Of a DNA stretch of 60,883 nt, positions 29,065-39,494 are shown piece after piece; position 1 is the stretch's first letter; each line of letters opens with the position of its first letter. This stretch comes from an uncultured Gammaproteobacteria bacterium (GTDB taxonomy: Bacteria; Patescibacteriota; Patescibacteriia; Patescibacteriales; GWC2-42-12): NCBI GenBank assembly GCA_964431805.1, contig CAYSKV010000006.1, forward strand, positions 1 to 60,883, read 5' to 3'. The notes under the pieces are model-generated. The model was given only the letters and a program-made list of their open reading frames with translations. It was not told where the DNA came from and searched no databases. The translations under genes and the position numbers were made by a program.

Positions 29065-29138
29065 TGGACCATAAGGGACTTGAACCCTTGACCTCTTCCA
29101 TGCCATGGAAGCGCTCTAGCCAACTGAGCTAATGGCCC
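29065..29138 (-). tRNA. tRNA-Ala(GGC)
   Basis: Cloverleaf; A32-U38 anticodon loop typical of tRNA-Ala GGC. Confidence 0.95.
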
Positions 29139-29243
29139 TAAAATTTTATTTAATTTTAGCTAAAAAACTATATTTAATTTAATATTAGCCAAATTAGCTA
29201 ATATTAGCTAATATAATAAATTAAAAAGACTTTCAATTTTTTG

Positions 29244-29315
29244 TGCCCTTGGCAGGAATCGAACCTGCGTCTAGGGCTTAGGAGTCCCTTGTTCTATCCA
29301 CTGAACTACAAGGGC
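29244..29315 (-). tRNA. tRNA-Arg(CCT)
   Basis: Cloverleaf; loop ctCCTaa. Confidence 0.93.
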
Positions 29316-29693
29316 TATTACGCCCAATAGCTGACCCCAAAACTACGTAAACCCAAATCCGCTAAATAACTAAACAACCTTCTCCTAAGCTTTAAAGTCG
29401 CTTAATTATAAACTATTCTAATCTTCGCTATGGTTAAAGTTAAAAAAACAACCTCAGCCTAGGCGTTTTTATTAATGCCTTATTAGATAAATTTATTACT
29501 GGTATTATCTATATTGATATTATATTTAAAAGATTATAAAATAGCAAATTAATTTAAACCATATTTAGCAAAGCTATATATTAACTTAAATTTTTTACTT
29601 TGACAAACTAGCTAAACTTACATAGAATTAGTATAGTTAATCGTTTAAAACTAGCTTATTAAAATAATTTAATAATTTTTTTATATATATTTT

Positions 29694-30080
29694 ATGTTTA
29701 ACAAACAAGGGCAAGGAGAAGCTTTTAATGAATTCGAAACAGTTATCGGACCATCGGTTAAAGTAAAAGGGGATTTTAACGGCCAAGGCAATATTATTGT
29801 TGAGGGTATAGTTGATGGCAGCTTAAGAACTAATGGTAATCTCGAGGTTGGTAAAACCGCCAAGATCACTGCCGACGTAGAAGCTAAAGAAGCAAAAATC
29901 GGCGGTCAAATTTCCGGTAACGTAAAAATTAAAGGTTTTCTTGAAGTTACGGCTACGGCAAAAATTTCCGGCGATATTGAAACCTCTGGTTTATCAATTG
30001 AACGCGGAGCTGTTTTTAACGGTAAATGCGTCATGACAACCGGAACAGAAGAAATTAAAAAAATAAATAAAGAAAAATAG
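29694..30080 (+). CDS. Bactofilin (polymer-forming cytoskeletal protein)
   Basis: ETVIGPSVKVKGDF...IVEG.VDG...L.IERGAVFNGKC. Confidence 0.92.
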   Translation: MFNKQGQGEAFNEFETVIGPSVKVKGDFNGQGNIIVEGIVDGSLRTNGNLEVGKTAKITADVEAKEAKIGGQISGNVKIKGFLEVTATAKISGDIETSGLSIERGAVFNGKCVMTTGTEEIKKINKEK

Positions 30081-30115
30081 TCAAAAAATAAATTGACTTA
30101 AGTTTTTCTATATCC

Positions 30116-30865
30116 ATGAATATTTTTATCTATGATTCTTTTTTGAATCAAAAAAAATATAATCGCTTATTAGAACGCATTGAAACCAGAATTACCGATC
30201 TAGAATTAAATGGTAAAATTTTTAGACTTAGCCCAACCATAAATGTTCAAGAAATTATCAACAATGAACTTAAGCGCGGCGCTAAAACAGTTATTGCGGT
30301 CGGCAACAATAAGTTAATTAACCAAGTTATAAATTCTTTGGCTGGCACTGACGTGCCGCTCGGCATTATACCGGTTGGCGAAGATAATAATGACATTGCA
30401 CAAAGCCTGGGCATTGAATCGGTTGAAACAGCTTGCGATATTTTATCAGCCAGATTACTAACCAAGGTTGATTTAGGCTTGGTTAACCAAATGTATTTTT
30501 TATCTAATATTAGCATTAATAATCAAGGCACTGTCATTGACATGAATAAAAATTATACTATCGAAACTACAGAAAAGGGAATTATTTATGTCTTTAATTT
30601 AATCAATAAACAAATTAAACTTCCACCTAGAGTAAAATTTATGCCAGACGATGGGCTCTTAGAATTAGTTGTTAATACCCGCGATAATAAAAAATTTTTT
30701 TCTAAGCAAAGCCACCAATCAATTTTTAAAATTAAAAAAATCACCATTCATAATTTAAAAAATAAATTAATTTTAGATGGATCAATTTCCATGTCAGCGC
30801 CAGCAGAAATCACAGTTATTAAAAAACATTTAAATGTAATTGTCGGAAAAAATAAAGTTTTTTAA
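30116..30865 (+). CDS. Diacylglycerol-kinase-like protein, degenerate GGDG motif
   Basis: VIAVGNNKL, PLGIIPVG..NDIA.SLG. Confidence 0.75.
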   Translation: MNIFIYDSFLNQKKYNRLLERIETRITDLELNGKIFRLSPTINVQEIINNELKRGAKTVIAVGNNKLINQVINSLAGTDVPLGIIPVGEDNNDIAQSLGIESVETACDILSARLLTKVDLGLVNQMYFLSNISINNQGTVIDMNKNYTIETTEKGIIYVFNLINKQIKLPPRVKFMPDDGLLELVVNTRDNKKFFSKQSHQSIFKIKKITIHNLKNKLILDGSISMSAPAEITVIKKHLNVIVGKNKVF

Positions 30866-30922
30866 AATAGCACAATAAAAAACAACTCTCAGAATGGAAG
30901 TTATTTTTTATTTCTTAATATT

Positions 30923-31639
30923 TTATATTTTATCTTTTTGCTTAAATAAATATAATTGTTGTAAGGCGGTAAGCAGCGTGGTTACTAACCAATAAAGTGC
31001 TAAACCTCCAGGAAAAGATAAACCAATAAAAACAGTTAAAGCTGGCATTAAATAAAGCATCTGCTTATTCATGATCGCCATCATATCTTCATCTTTAGCT
31101 TCGCTAGTTTTAATTTCTGGCCGTTTTGTGCTCATCATTTTTGCCTGCCAAAATTGAGCTAACCCAGCCAACACAGCTAAAACCACATTAGGTTTAGCTA
31201 AATTAACAAAACCTAAAGACATAGTATTAATAACTTCTGGTTTAAAAATAAAAGAATAAACAAGATTAAGTGATTGGCCGCTTAAACCATCTCTAAAAAC
31301 CATAAAAACCGCCCATAAAAAGGGGAGTTGAATTAATAATGGTAAACAAGAAGAAAACGGATTTACTTTTTCTTGTTTATATAATTCCATCATGACCCTG
31401 CCTTGTTCTTCTTTATTATTAGCGTATTTTTTCTTAATTTCCTCTATTTTGGGTTGGAGTTCCTGTAAAGATTTCTGCGATTTTATGGACTGTTTTGATA
31501 AAGGTAATAAAACCAACTTTATAATTACGGTCATGATTATAATAGCTACGCCAATATCATGGCCCGGAACAATATTATACAAAAAAACCAAAAGATTAAG
31601 TATCGGCTGATAAAAAATAAGGTTAAAAATTTCAGACAT
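30923..31639 (-). CDS. yidC: Membrane insertase YidC (short form)
   Basis: LQPKIEEIKKKY, NPFSSCLPLLIQLP, GLALYW. Confidence 0.95.
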   Translation of the reverse strand: MSEIFNLIFYQPILNLLVFLYNIVPGHDIGVAIIIMTVIIKLVLLPLSKQSIKSQKSLQELQPKIEEIKKKYANNKEEQGRVMMELYKQEKVNPFSSCLPLLIQLPFLWAVFMVFRDGLSGQSLNLVYSFIFKPEVINTMSLGFVNLAKPNVVLAVLAGLAQFWQAKMMSTKRPEIKTSEAKDEDMMAIMNKQMLYLMPALTVFIGLSFPGGLALYWLVTTLLTALQQLYLFKQKDKI

Positions 31640-31649
31640 AGATAATTAG

Positions 31650-31898
31650 TTATTTTAGAGGATCAAAACCCCCCGAATTAAATGGATTACAACGTAAAAC
31701 CCGCCAAACAGCCTTAAGCCCGCCCTTAATAAATCCGTATTTTTCTATTGCCTGGATAGCATATTCAGAACAAGTTGGATGAAAACGACAAAAACCATTA
31801 GGATATAAAAATTTTAAAATACCGTGGTCAAAAGAAAGTGTTTTTTGATAAATTTTTAAAATCTTTATTGCTATATAGCGGGGATAAAATTTAAACAT
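31650..31898 (-). CDS. yidD: Membrane protein insertion efficiency factor
   Basis: [11 protein letters not shown]...[13 protein letters not shown]. Confidence 0.95.
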   Translation of the reverse strand: MFKFYPRYIAIKILKIYQKTLSFDHGILKFLYPNGFCRFHPTCSEYAIQAIEKYGFIKGGLKAVWRVLRCNPFNSGGFDPLK

Positions 31899-31899
31899 G

Positions 31900-32250
31900 T
31901 TATTTGTTTAGTTTAAATAATTTTAAGGCAAATAACATTTTTTCTAATTCGCTTTGAATGGTTTTATAGTCTTGATCTAGCACTAACGGGGAAACTATAA
32001 CAACCAAATCAAAACCCTTAATAAGTTTTTTATTAAACTCTTTTAGGCTTGCCCTGATTTGTCTTTTTAGCTTATTTCTCTCAACGGCTTTTTTGCTAAC
32101 CTTAGTGCTAATTACAATACCATAACGATTATTATCTAATTGGTTGGCTAAAATTTTTATACGAAAAATTTTAGTATAAAACGACTTTCCTAATTTAAAT
32201 ATTCTTTTAAAATCTTTTTCCTTAACTAGACGAAATTGCTTAACTAACAT
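31900..32250 (-). CDS. rnpA: RNase P protein
   Basis: [22 protein letters not shown]. Confidence 0.95.
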   Translation of the reverse strand: MLVKQFRLVKEKDFKRIFKLGKSFYTKIFRIKILANQLDNNRYGIVISTKVSKKAVERNKLKRQIRASLKEFNKKLIKGFDLVVIVSPLVLDQDYKTIQSELEKMLFALKLFKLNK

Positions 32251-32316
32251 AATAATTTAAAAAACGAGCAGTTAAAAATTTAATTTTAACCAACCCAAAA
32301 TAATATAAATAATTAT

Positions 32317-32454
32317 CTATTTAGTTAGCTTTTTTCTGCCTTTAGCTTTTCTTCTTTTAATAACATTACGGCCATTTTTTGTTTGCATCCTTTTTCTAAA
32401 GCCGTGTTTCTTTTTAGCTCGCCTTTTATTCGGTTGATAAGTCCTTTTTGGCAT
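32317..32454 (-). CDS. rpmH: 50S ribosomal protein L34
   Basis: Manual translation [45 protein letters not shown]; below track cutoff. Confidence 0.97.
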   Translation of the reverse strand: MPKRTYQPNKRRAKKKHGFRKRMQTKNGRNVIKRRKAKGRKKLTK

Positions 32455-32810
32455 AAAATAATTGTATTAACCATTAAATAATTTAAACGCTAATTTAAAT
32501 TAGCGCCACAATCTATTTAATGGAAGTAAATATGGTTAATAAAAAATAAATATATGATTTTATCTCAAATAAACATAACATTTAAACTTTTTAAAGTCAA
32601 ACAAAAAAACATTATCTAATAAATTTGAATAATAAAATAATAAAAAAATCTTTTCCACTATTTATCAACATCTTTTAAACATAAAGGTCTATTTTACATT
32701 TATAATTAAGCTGTTATAATGCCTATTGCAATAAGTTTTCTGATTATTTAATATTAATTTTATATCATTTTGATATTATAATTTAAAATAAATCATAACT
32801 TCCTCGTGCT

Positions 32811-34157
32811 ATGAACAACGAACAACTTTGGCAAGCTATTTTAGGTGAAATTGAACTTAGCTTGTCCAGAGCTAATTTTACCACCTGGTTTAAAAACACT
32901 TTTATCTCTTCTATCGAAAACAACCGGGTAATTATTTGTGTACCCAACACTTTTACTAAGGCTTGGCTGGAAAAAAAATATCATAAAGAAATCGCCAACG
33001 CTTTTAAAAATGTTGGTTCAGTTGAAATTAAAGAAATTATTTATAAGGTTGAGGCTAGAAAAGAATTATCATCAGACGACTTTATAAAAAAAGTTAAAAC
33101 TGAAAATGTTGTTGAGGCTAAACCTAAAATTGTTAACCGTTTTGGTTTAAATAATCGATATATTTTTGATAATTTTATTGTTGGAAAAAATAATGAGTTA
33201 GCGCATGCAGCTTGCCAAGCCGTAGCCGCTAATCCGGGCCACGCTTACAATCCGCTCTTTATTTATGGCGGAGTAGGTTTAGGCAAAACTCACTTACTAC
33301 AAGCTATCGGCCACGAATTATCTAAAAAAACCGACAAAGTTTTATATGTTTCATCTGAAAAATTCACCAATGATTATGTTCACGCAATTAGAAATGGCCA
33401 AGCCAAAGACTTTAAAGACCGCTATCGCAATATTGATTTGCTGTTAATTGATGACATCCAATTTATGGGAGGTAAAGACGGAACACAAGAAGAATTTTTT
33501 CATACTTTTAATGAATTGCACCAAACTAATAAACAAATAGTAATTTCTTCTGACCGACCACCAAAAGCCATACCAGCTTTAGAAAAAAGATTATTATCGC
33601 GCTTTGAATGGGGCATGATTGCTGACGTCAGTTCTCCAGATTTAGAAACCAGAATAGCAATTTTAGAGACAAAGTGCCGAGAAAAAAATTATAAGCTTGA
33701 TAGAGAAATTTTGGCTTATATTGCAAATAATATAACTAACAACATCCGAGAATTAGAAGGCGCTTTAAACCGCTTGATCGCTTATTATGAATTTAATAAT
33801 TCTTTACCATCAATAGAATCAACGAAAAGTATTTTAGCTGGCATAATTTCTAATTTTCAATCAAGATCAACTACCGCTAAAACCATTATTGAGGCCGCGG
33901 CCAAATTTTTTGATATTAATATTAAAGATTTGGTTGGGCAAAGCCGTAAAAAAGAATTGGTCGTGCCCAGACAAATTGTTATGTACTTAATGCGCAAAGA
34001 AATAAACGCCTCTTATCCCTCAATCGGCCAAGAATTAGGTGGTCGAGATCACACCACCGCCATGCACGCTTATAATAAAATTGAACGCGAGTGCCAAGAA
34101 GATGAAAAAATAAAACAACACGTAGACTCTATCAAACAAGTAATTTATAGTGGCTAA
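32811..34157 (+). CDS. dnaA: Chromosomal replication initiator
   Basis: YNPLFIYGGVGLGKTHLL, LLIDDIQF, RELEGAL, GGRDHTT. Confidence 0.98.
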   Translation: MNNEQLWQAILGEIELSLSRANFTTWFKNTFISSIENNRVIICVPNTFTKAWLEKKYHKEIANAFKNVGSVEIKEIIYKVEARKELSSDDFIKKVKTENVVEAKPKIVNRFGLNNRYIFDNFIVGKNNELAHAACQAVAANPGHAYNPLFIYGGVGLGKTHLLQAIGHELSKKTDKVLYVSSEKFTNDYVHAIRNGQAKDFKDRYRNIDLLLIDDIQFMGGKDGTQEEFFHTFNELHQTNKQIVISSDRPPKAIPALEKRLLSRFEWGMIADVSSPDLETRIAILETKCREKNYKLDREILAYIANNITNNIRELEGALNRLIAYYEFNNSLPSIESTKSILAGIISNFQSRSTTAKTIIEAAAKFFDINIKDLVGQSRKKELVVPRQIVMYLMRKEINASYPSIGQELGGRDHTTAMHAYNKIERECQEDEKIKQHVDSIKQVIYSG

Positions 34158-34423
34158 TAACCTAATGAAAAGTATTAGTTTGTTTGTTGATAGTCTGTTA
34201 AAAATTTTATACAAAAAAATTTCATCCACAGTCAGCTTATTTATTCCACTTTTTTTTCAACAACAACCCCACAATTATAAAACCAACAAAACAACAAACC
34301 CTAGCCAAGACCAAACAAAAAATTAACTTATCAACCCACTTATTATTATTACTATTTATAAATTATATAAATACTAATTAATTAATAAACACCCAAATCT
34401 GTTAATAACTTATAAAATATATT
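34158..34423. other. Probable oriC
   Basis: AT-rich dnaA-dnaN spacer with DnaA-box-like 9-mers (TTATACAAA 34207, TCATCCACA 34222); plus strand looks C-rich before and G-rich after (by eye only). Confidence 0.6.
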
Positions 34424-35575
34424 ATGACAAATCAAACTACTAATAAATTAAAAATATTTAGTTTGCAAGAAAATTTAAAACAAGGGTTAGCTTTGGTTGG
34501 GCATATTTCTGGAAAAAATATTAATTTACCAATATTAAATAATGTTTTAATAAAAGCTGAGGAAGGAAAAATAAAACTAATTACCACCAACTTAGAGGTT
34601 GGGATAAGTAGTGTAATTAGAGGAAAAATTGAGGGTGAGGGTTTGTTTACGGTTAATTCAAAAATTATTTCTGATTGTATAAACCTTTTACCAAATAAAA
34701 AAATCGGCCTAGAACAAAGTGGTAATGATTTATTGGTAGATTGTGAAAATTACCAAGCAAAGGTTAGGGGTCAATCAGCTGAAGAGTTTCCTTTAATACC
34801 AGAAGTTGATAGAAAAAATTATTTTAGCGCAGAGGCGGAAGAGGTAAAAAAAGCAATTTCTCAAATAATTTTTGCTACAGCAATGAGCGAAACTAGGCTA
34901 GAGTTGTCTGGCGTCCTTTTTGTTTTTTCTGGGAATAATTTAATTATGGCCGCTACTGATAGTTATCGTTTAGCTGAAAAAAAGATTAAAATTAAATCAA
35001 ATAGCGAAGAAGATAAAAAAATTATTGTGCCAGCAAAAACCTTACAGGAATTACTAAGAATTTTATCTGTTAGTTTAGGTGATGAAGTGGAAGAAAAAAC
35101 TTCTGAAATAAAATTTTATATTTCGGAAAATCAAATTTTATTTACTTATGGTTCAACCGAATTAGTCTCTCGTTTAATTGAGGGACAATACCCAGACTAT
35201 CAACAAATAATTCCTAACAACAGCAAAACTAAAATTTCTATTAATCAGCAAGAATTGGTTAGGGCCGTAAAAATGGCGTCTTTATTCTCTAAAACTGGTA
35301 TTAATGATGTTAATTTAGATTTTCCGGTAGGTAAAAATCAAGTAGTTATTTCTTCAGTTTCTGGGCAAACCGGAGAAAATATAACAAATTTAGAAGCTAA
35401 GGTGTCGGGTGATGATAATAGTATTGTTGTTAATTATCGTTATTTACTTGAAGGTTTAAATAATATTGAAAAAGAAACAGTCAAAATTGAAATTATAGAT
35501 AGTAATACTCCATGCGTTATTCGGCCGGAGCAAGACGAAAGCTATGTTTATATTATTATGCCCATAAAACAATAA
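34424..35575 (+). CDS. dnaN: DNA polymerase III beta clamp
   Basis: LPILNNVLI, ATDSYRLAE, SRLIEGQYPDY, IIMPIK. Confidence 0.97.
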   Translation: MTNQTTNKLKIFSLQENLKQGLALVGHISGKNINLPILNNVLIKAEEGKIKLITTNLEVGISSVIRGKIEGEGLFTVNSKIISDCINLLPNKKIGLEQSGNDLLVDCENYQAKVRGQSAEEFPLIPEVDRKNYFSAEAEEVKKAISQIIFATAMSETRLELSGVLFVFSGNNLIMAATDSYRLAEKKIKIKSNSEEDKKIIVPAKTLQELLRILSVSLGDEVEEKTSEIKFYISENQILFTYGSTELVSRLIEGQYPDYQQIIPNNSKTKISINQQELVRAVKMASLFSKTGINDVNLDFPVGKNQVVISSVSGQTGENITNLEAKVSGDDNSIVVNYRYLLEGLNNIEKETVKIEIIDSNTPCVIRPEQDESYVYIIMPIKQ

Positions 35576-35598
35576 ATTTATTTTTTGTAAATATTAAG

Positions 35599-35629
35599 AA
35601 AAACCGCCAGTAAAATTTTGGCGGTTTTT
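35599..35629. terminator. Bidirectional terminator between dnaN and PBP
   Basis: AAAAACCGCCA...TGGCGGTTTTT. Confidence 0.8.
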
Positions 35630-35649
35630 TTATTTATATTTTAGAAATA

Positions 35650-38589
35650 CTATTGAGTAGTTGCTGGCGTGGTGGTGGCAGAAGAGGTTAGATTATTAAT
35701 ATTTACGGAAACTTCTTCACTGGTGGCGACTTGGCTATACCAGCCATGAGCTTCGGCATAAAATTTATATAAACCAGGCGTTAAAATTTTTATCATTTGC
35801 GCTTCGGCAGTTGTATTAATAACTTGGCTTTGAGCGATTTGTTCTACTTTGCCGCTGGTATCTTTAAAATAAAAAGTAACACCGGCCACTTGATCTGGGT
35901 TTGTTACCTCAGCTTTTAATAATAAAGGAAAATCATATTTAACTAAATTAATCGCTTCTATGGGTTGGATTAAGGCGACACTAATTTTAGTGCTTTTTGG
36001 TCTACTGTTTTTATTTAAATTAAATTCTAGTTTTTGTTCTGAGCAATTATCAACATCATCGCAAACACGAACAATTAAATTATGAAAACCATTAGTTAAA
36101 GAACTAACCGATTTGCTTAAATTAAAAGGATAAGAATTTACAATACCAAATAAATAACCATCAACATAATATTCAGCTCGGCTAACTCCTCGTGGCGCTG
36201 TAGCGCTAATTTGCACGTTTAAGGTTTGGCTGTCAATGGTTTGCTTGTTGTTTGGCGAATCAATTGAGATGACTGGATTTAACTCTGGTTTATGAACATT
36301 GTCATATTCGGTTGGCGCCGCTGAATTAACAATGCCTTGTTTTTTTGCCCACTCTAAAACCGCATTTTCCCACAAGTTAAATTGCGGATCGCTTTGAGGA
36401 TTGGTTGGCGCTGGTCCGCGTGGGTCGTCTTTATTAACATAATATAAAATACAGTGGGTTTGTTTGTATTGTTTTTCTATAATTGCGCTGGCTGGCGTAA
36501 ATTCATTAGCTAAAAGTCCGGAAAATTTATCAATTTTTACTATAGTTTCTCCGTCTACCACACCATCTAAGACTGCTTTGCCGGTTGGTTTATTATCTGG
36601 AGCGTTAAAATATTCAATTGGCGTATTGCCTAAAACTTTATTCATGTAATCATGCCAAATTGGCGCGGCCACTATTGAGCCATCAGCGCCGCGCTTCATC
36701 TCTTTATTATTATTGTTACCAACCCAGACGCCAGTAACGATTGATGGAGTATAACCAATGGTCCAAGCATCACGGTAGTCGTTTGTGGTGCCGGTCTTAG
36801 CCGCTACTGGCCTTGAACCTAGAGTTAACATATTATTTGCTCCAAAAATATAAGCGCGAGCCGAATTGTCTGATAAAATACTATTGGTTAAACGAGCGAT
36901 ATTTGGTTCTAAAACTTTTTCATCTTGGCTTTTAAACTCTTCTAAAACTTTTCCATCTTTATCTTCAACTTTTAAGATTACAGCGATTGGATGTTTAATG
37001 CCTTCTCGTGCAAAAGCGCTAAAAGCATTAGTGTGTTCTAATAATTTTACTTCGCCGCCGCCCAAAACCAAAGATAAGCCAAAACGATTTTTATCATTTA
37101 GTGTTGTATAGCCTAAATTTTGCGCCAAACTAATAACATTATCAATACCGGTTAAATAAATAGTTTTTACTGCTGGTACGTTTAAAGAGCCGGCCAGGGC
37201 TTGCCTAATAGTAATTGGGCCATGTTCTCTTGAATCATAATTATGTGGTTCGTATGGTTTAGCTGGGTCGGTAGAAAAATTAGTTACCACATCATAAAGA
37301 ACCGTGTTTGGAGTATAGCCCTTTATAAATGAAGCAGTGTAAACAATTGGTTTAAAAGATGAGCCTGGTTGCCGAGGTTGTAAGGCCACGTTAACTTGGC
37401 CATCAATGTCGTCATTAAAATAATCGCGAGAACCAACCATAGCTAGGACTTGACCGGTTTTAGGATCAATTGAAACTAAAGAGGCATTAGTGGCTTGATA
37501 ATTTTTTTCATTGGTTGCCGCCTTTTCATTAATTACCTCCTCGGCAATTTTTTGTTTATATAAATCTAATGTGGTGTAAATTTTTAAGCCACCCTGTTCT
37601 ATGGTTTTTTCTCCATATTTATCAGCCAACATTTCCTTAACATACATCACAAAATGCGGCGCTATCATGTTATCAGACCTTTCTTTAAATACTATCGTTG
37701 TATTTTTAGCTTCAGTGGCTTGATCTTTTGTGATGTAGCCGTATTTAACCATTAAATCCAAAATATATTTTTGTCTGGCTATAAGCAAATCTTTATTTGG
37801 TCCAAAAGGGGAATAGCGGCTAGGAGCTTGTGGTATGGCCGCTAAAATAGCGGCTTCAGCTAAATTAACTTCACGTACGCTTTTACCAAAATAAAGTTGG
37901 CTAGCGGCTTCAACGCCATAAGCGGTTGAACCATAAGGTATTTCATTAAAGTACATTTGTAAAATTTCGTCTTTAGAAAATTTCTTTTCTATGCGGTAAG
38001 CTAAAATAAGTTCTTTAGCTTTTCTAATGTAAGATTTTTCATTTGTTAAAATTGCATTTTTAACAAATTGTTGAGTTAGGGTTGAGCCGCCGGCAGTTTT
38101 GTTAAATAAGACATTAGTAACAACAGTTCTAAAAATTGCCCAAAGACTGAAGCCGCCATGTTTATAAAAATCTTTATCTTCGATAGAGATGGTGGCATTT
38201 TTAACGTTATCCGGTATATCTTTTAAATTTATTAGCGTGCGCTTTTCTTCGCCATGAATATCGTAAAGGATTGTGGTGCCAGTACGATCGTAAATTTTAG
38301 TGCTTTGAGCAATTTGTCTTTCAGTTAAGCGATTAGGATCTGGTAAATCATGAGATAGCCACAAAAAACCAGCGTAGCTTAAAATAAACAAAACTAAAAA
38401 ACCAATAAAAATAGTTTTAGGTTGAATTTTTAGAGGGTTGTTTTTGTTGTTGCTGAAGTATTGTTTTACGCCTCCCCGGTTGTTAAAACCAGATGATTTT
38501 TTTTGAGCCTTGTTAAAAAAATATTTTTTTTGCGGATGGCGCCAACCTTGTGGAGATTTTATATGATTTGAAGAATATGAAGAGACCAT
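35650..38589 (-). CDS. Class A PBP (transglycosylase + transpeptidase) with C-terminal Ig-like domains
   Basis: EDKDFYKH, GGSTLTQQ, RKAKE; GSSFKP (SxxK), SLN, KTGT. Confidence 0.95.
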   Translation of the reverse strand: MVSSYSSNHIKSPQGWRHPQKKYFFNKAQKKSSGFNNRGGVKQYFSNNKNNPLKIQPKTIFIGFLVLFILSYAGFLWLSHDLPDPNRLTERQIAQSTKIYDRTGTTILYDIHGEEKRTLINLKDIPDNVKNATISIEDKDFYKHGGFSLWAIFRTVVTNVLFNKTAGGSTLTQQFVKNAILTNEKSYIRKAKELILAYRIEKKFSKDEILQMYFNEIPYGSTAYGVEAASQLYFGKSVREVNLAEAAILAAIPQAPSRYSPFGPNKDLLIARQKYILDLMVKYGYITKDQATEAKNTTIVFKERSDNMIAPHFVMYVKEMLADKYGEKTIEQGGLKIYTTLDLYKQKIAEEVINEKAATNEKNYQATNASLVSIDPKTGQVLAMVGSRDYFNDDIDGQVNVALQPRQPGSSFKPIVYTASFIKGYTPNTVLYDVVTNFSTDPAKPYEPHNYDSREHGPITIRQALAGSLNVPAVKTIYLTGIDNVISLAQNLGYTTLNDKNRFGLSLVLGGGEVKLLEHTNAFSAFAREGIKHPIAVILKVEDKDGKVLEEFKSQDEKVLEPNIARLTNSILSDNSARAYIFGANNMLTLGSRPVAAKTGTTNDYRDAWTIGYTPSIVTGVWVGNNNNKEMKRGADGSIVAAPIWHDYMNKVLGNTPIEYFNAPDNKPTGKAVLDGVVDGETIVKIDKFSGLLANEFTPASAIIEKQYKQTHCILYYVNKDDPRGPAPTNPQSDPQFNLWENAVLEWAKKQGIVNSAAPTEYDNVHKPELNPVISIDSPNNKQTIDSQTLNVQISATAPRGVSRAEYYVDGYLFGIVNSYPFNLSKSVSSLTNGFHNLIVRVCDDVDNCSEQKLEFNLNKNSRPKSTKISVALIQPIEAINLVKYDFPLLLKAEVTNPDQVAGVTFYFKDTSGKVEQIAQSQVINTTAEAQMIKILTPGLYKFYAEAHGWYSQVATSEEVSVNINNLTSSATTTPATTQ

Positions 38590-38598
38590 AATGTTTGT

Positions 38599-38760
38599 GG
38601 GGCTATTGATAAAGACCGTATTCGGTCTAAATTTTCAAATTTTTGTAAATTTTTTCTAAAATTTTTTTACCAATATAGCAATATTGCCTCAAAAATTTTA
38701 TAAAAAATTTTCTTAAAATTATGAAAATTTATTTCCGAAAGAGCCTTTATTAATAGCCCC
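38599..38760 (-). repeat. ~163-bp dispersed stem-bounded element, copy 2
   Basis: Reverse complement aligns with 21265-21428; terminal stem GGGGCTATT.ATAAAG / CTTTAT.AATAGCCCC. Confidence 0.85.
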
Positions 38761-38973
38761 TAATATAAAAAATTATAACAGTTTTTTACATATCTAGCAA
38801 TGAATAATTTTTTAAAAATTTAAATCTACCAATTTTTATTTTAAGCTATTGGCCGGCTTTAGCGTTTTGTGGTAAAATATAATTAATGTTAATAACTTAA
38901 TTATTAAAAATTAACACTAACGCGACAGGTTAATTTCTGGCGTATTGGTGTTTTCTTTGAGGGGAGGTGAAAA

Positions 38974-39381
38974 ATGAAGAAAACATTATTAAAAAAAGCA
39001 GTAGTATTGGCCATGTCATTATTTATCTTAACTCCAGTTTTAGCTTTTTCTTTGCCGGCCTTTGCAACTGATACTTTAAATCCTTGGGGTTCTGATACTT
39101 TAAAGGATAATATTCAAACTGAAACTGGTTTGGGCGAACGTGATCCACGTGACATCGCAGCTTCAGTCATTAATGTTATTTTAGGATTTTTAGGAATTGT
39201 CGCCGTAATCATAATTTTATTGGGTGGTTTTAAATGGATGACTGCTGGTGGTAACGAAGACAAGGTTGGTGAAGCTAAAAAATTAATTACTGCCGGTATC
39301 ATCGGCTTAGTAATTATCGTAGCTTCTTTCGCTATCGCGACTTTCGTCTTAGATTCATTAATTAACGCTACTACGGATTAA
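38974..39381 (+). CDS. VirB2/TrbC-like pilin 1 (candidate major pilin)
   Basis: Signal-like N-terminus; GGFKWMTAGGNEDKVGEAKK core between two TM helices; strong SD GGAGG. Confidence 0.88.
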   Translation: MKKTLLKKAVVLAMSLFILTPVLAFSLPAFATDTLNPWGSDTLKDNIQTETGLGERDPRDIAASVINVILGFLGIVAVIIILLGGFKWMTAGGNEDKVGEAKKLITAGIIGLVIIVASFAIATFVLDSLINATTD

Positions 39382-39494
39382 TCTTCTTAATACCGGTATT
39401 AAGAAAAAGTGGTTCCCGTTTTTCGGGACCACTGCCTTGAACAAGAATTTAGATTCGTGATCAAGGCAGTGAGCAATATTTAAATAGATAATTT

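Noticed and set aside
29320-29520. Possible ncRNA (tmRNA, SRP, RNase P) upstream of tRNA-Arg
   Set aside because: No diagnostic motifs or convincing stems recognised
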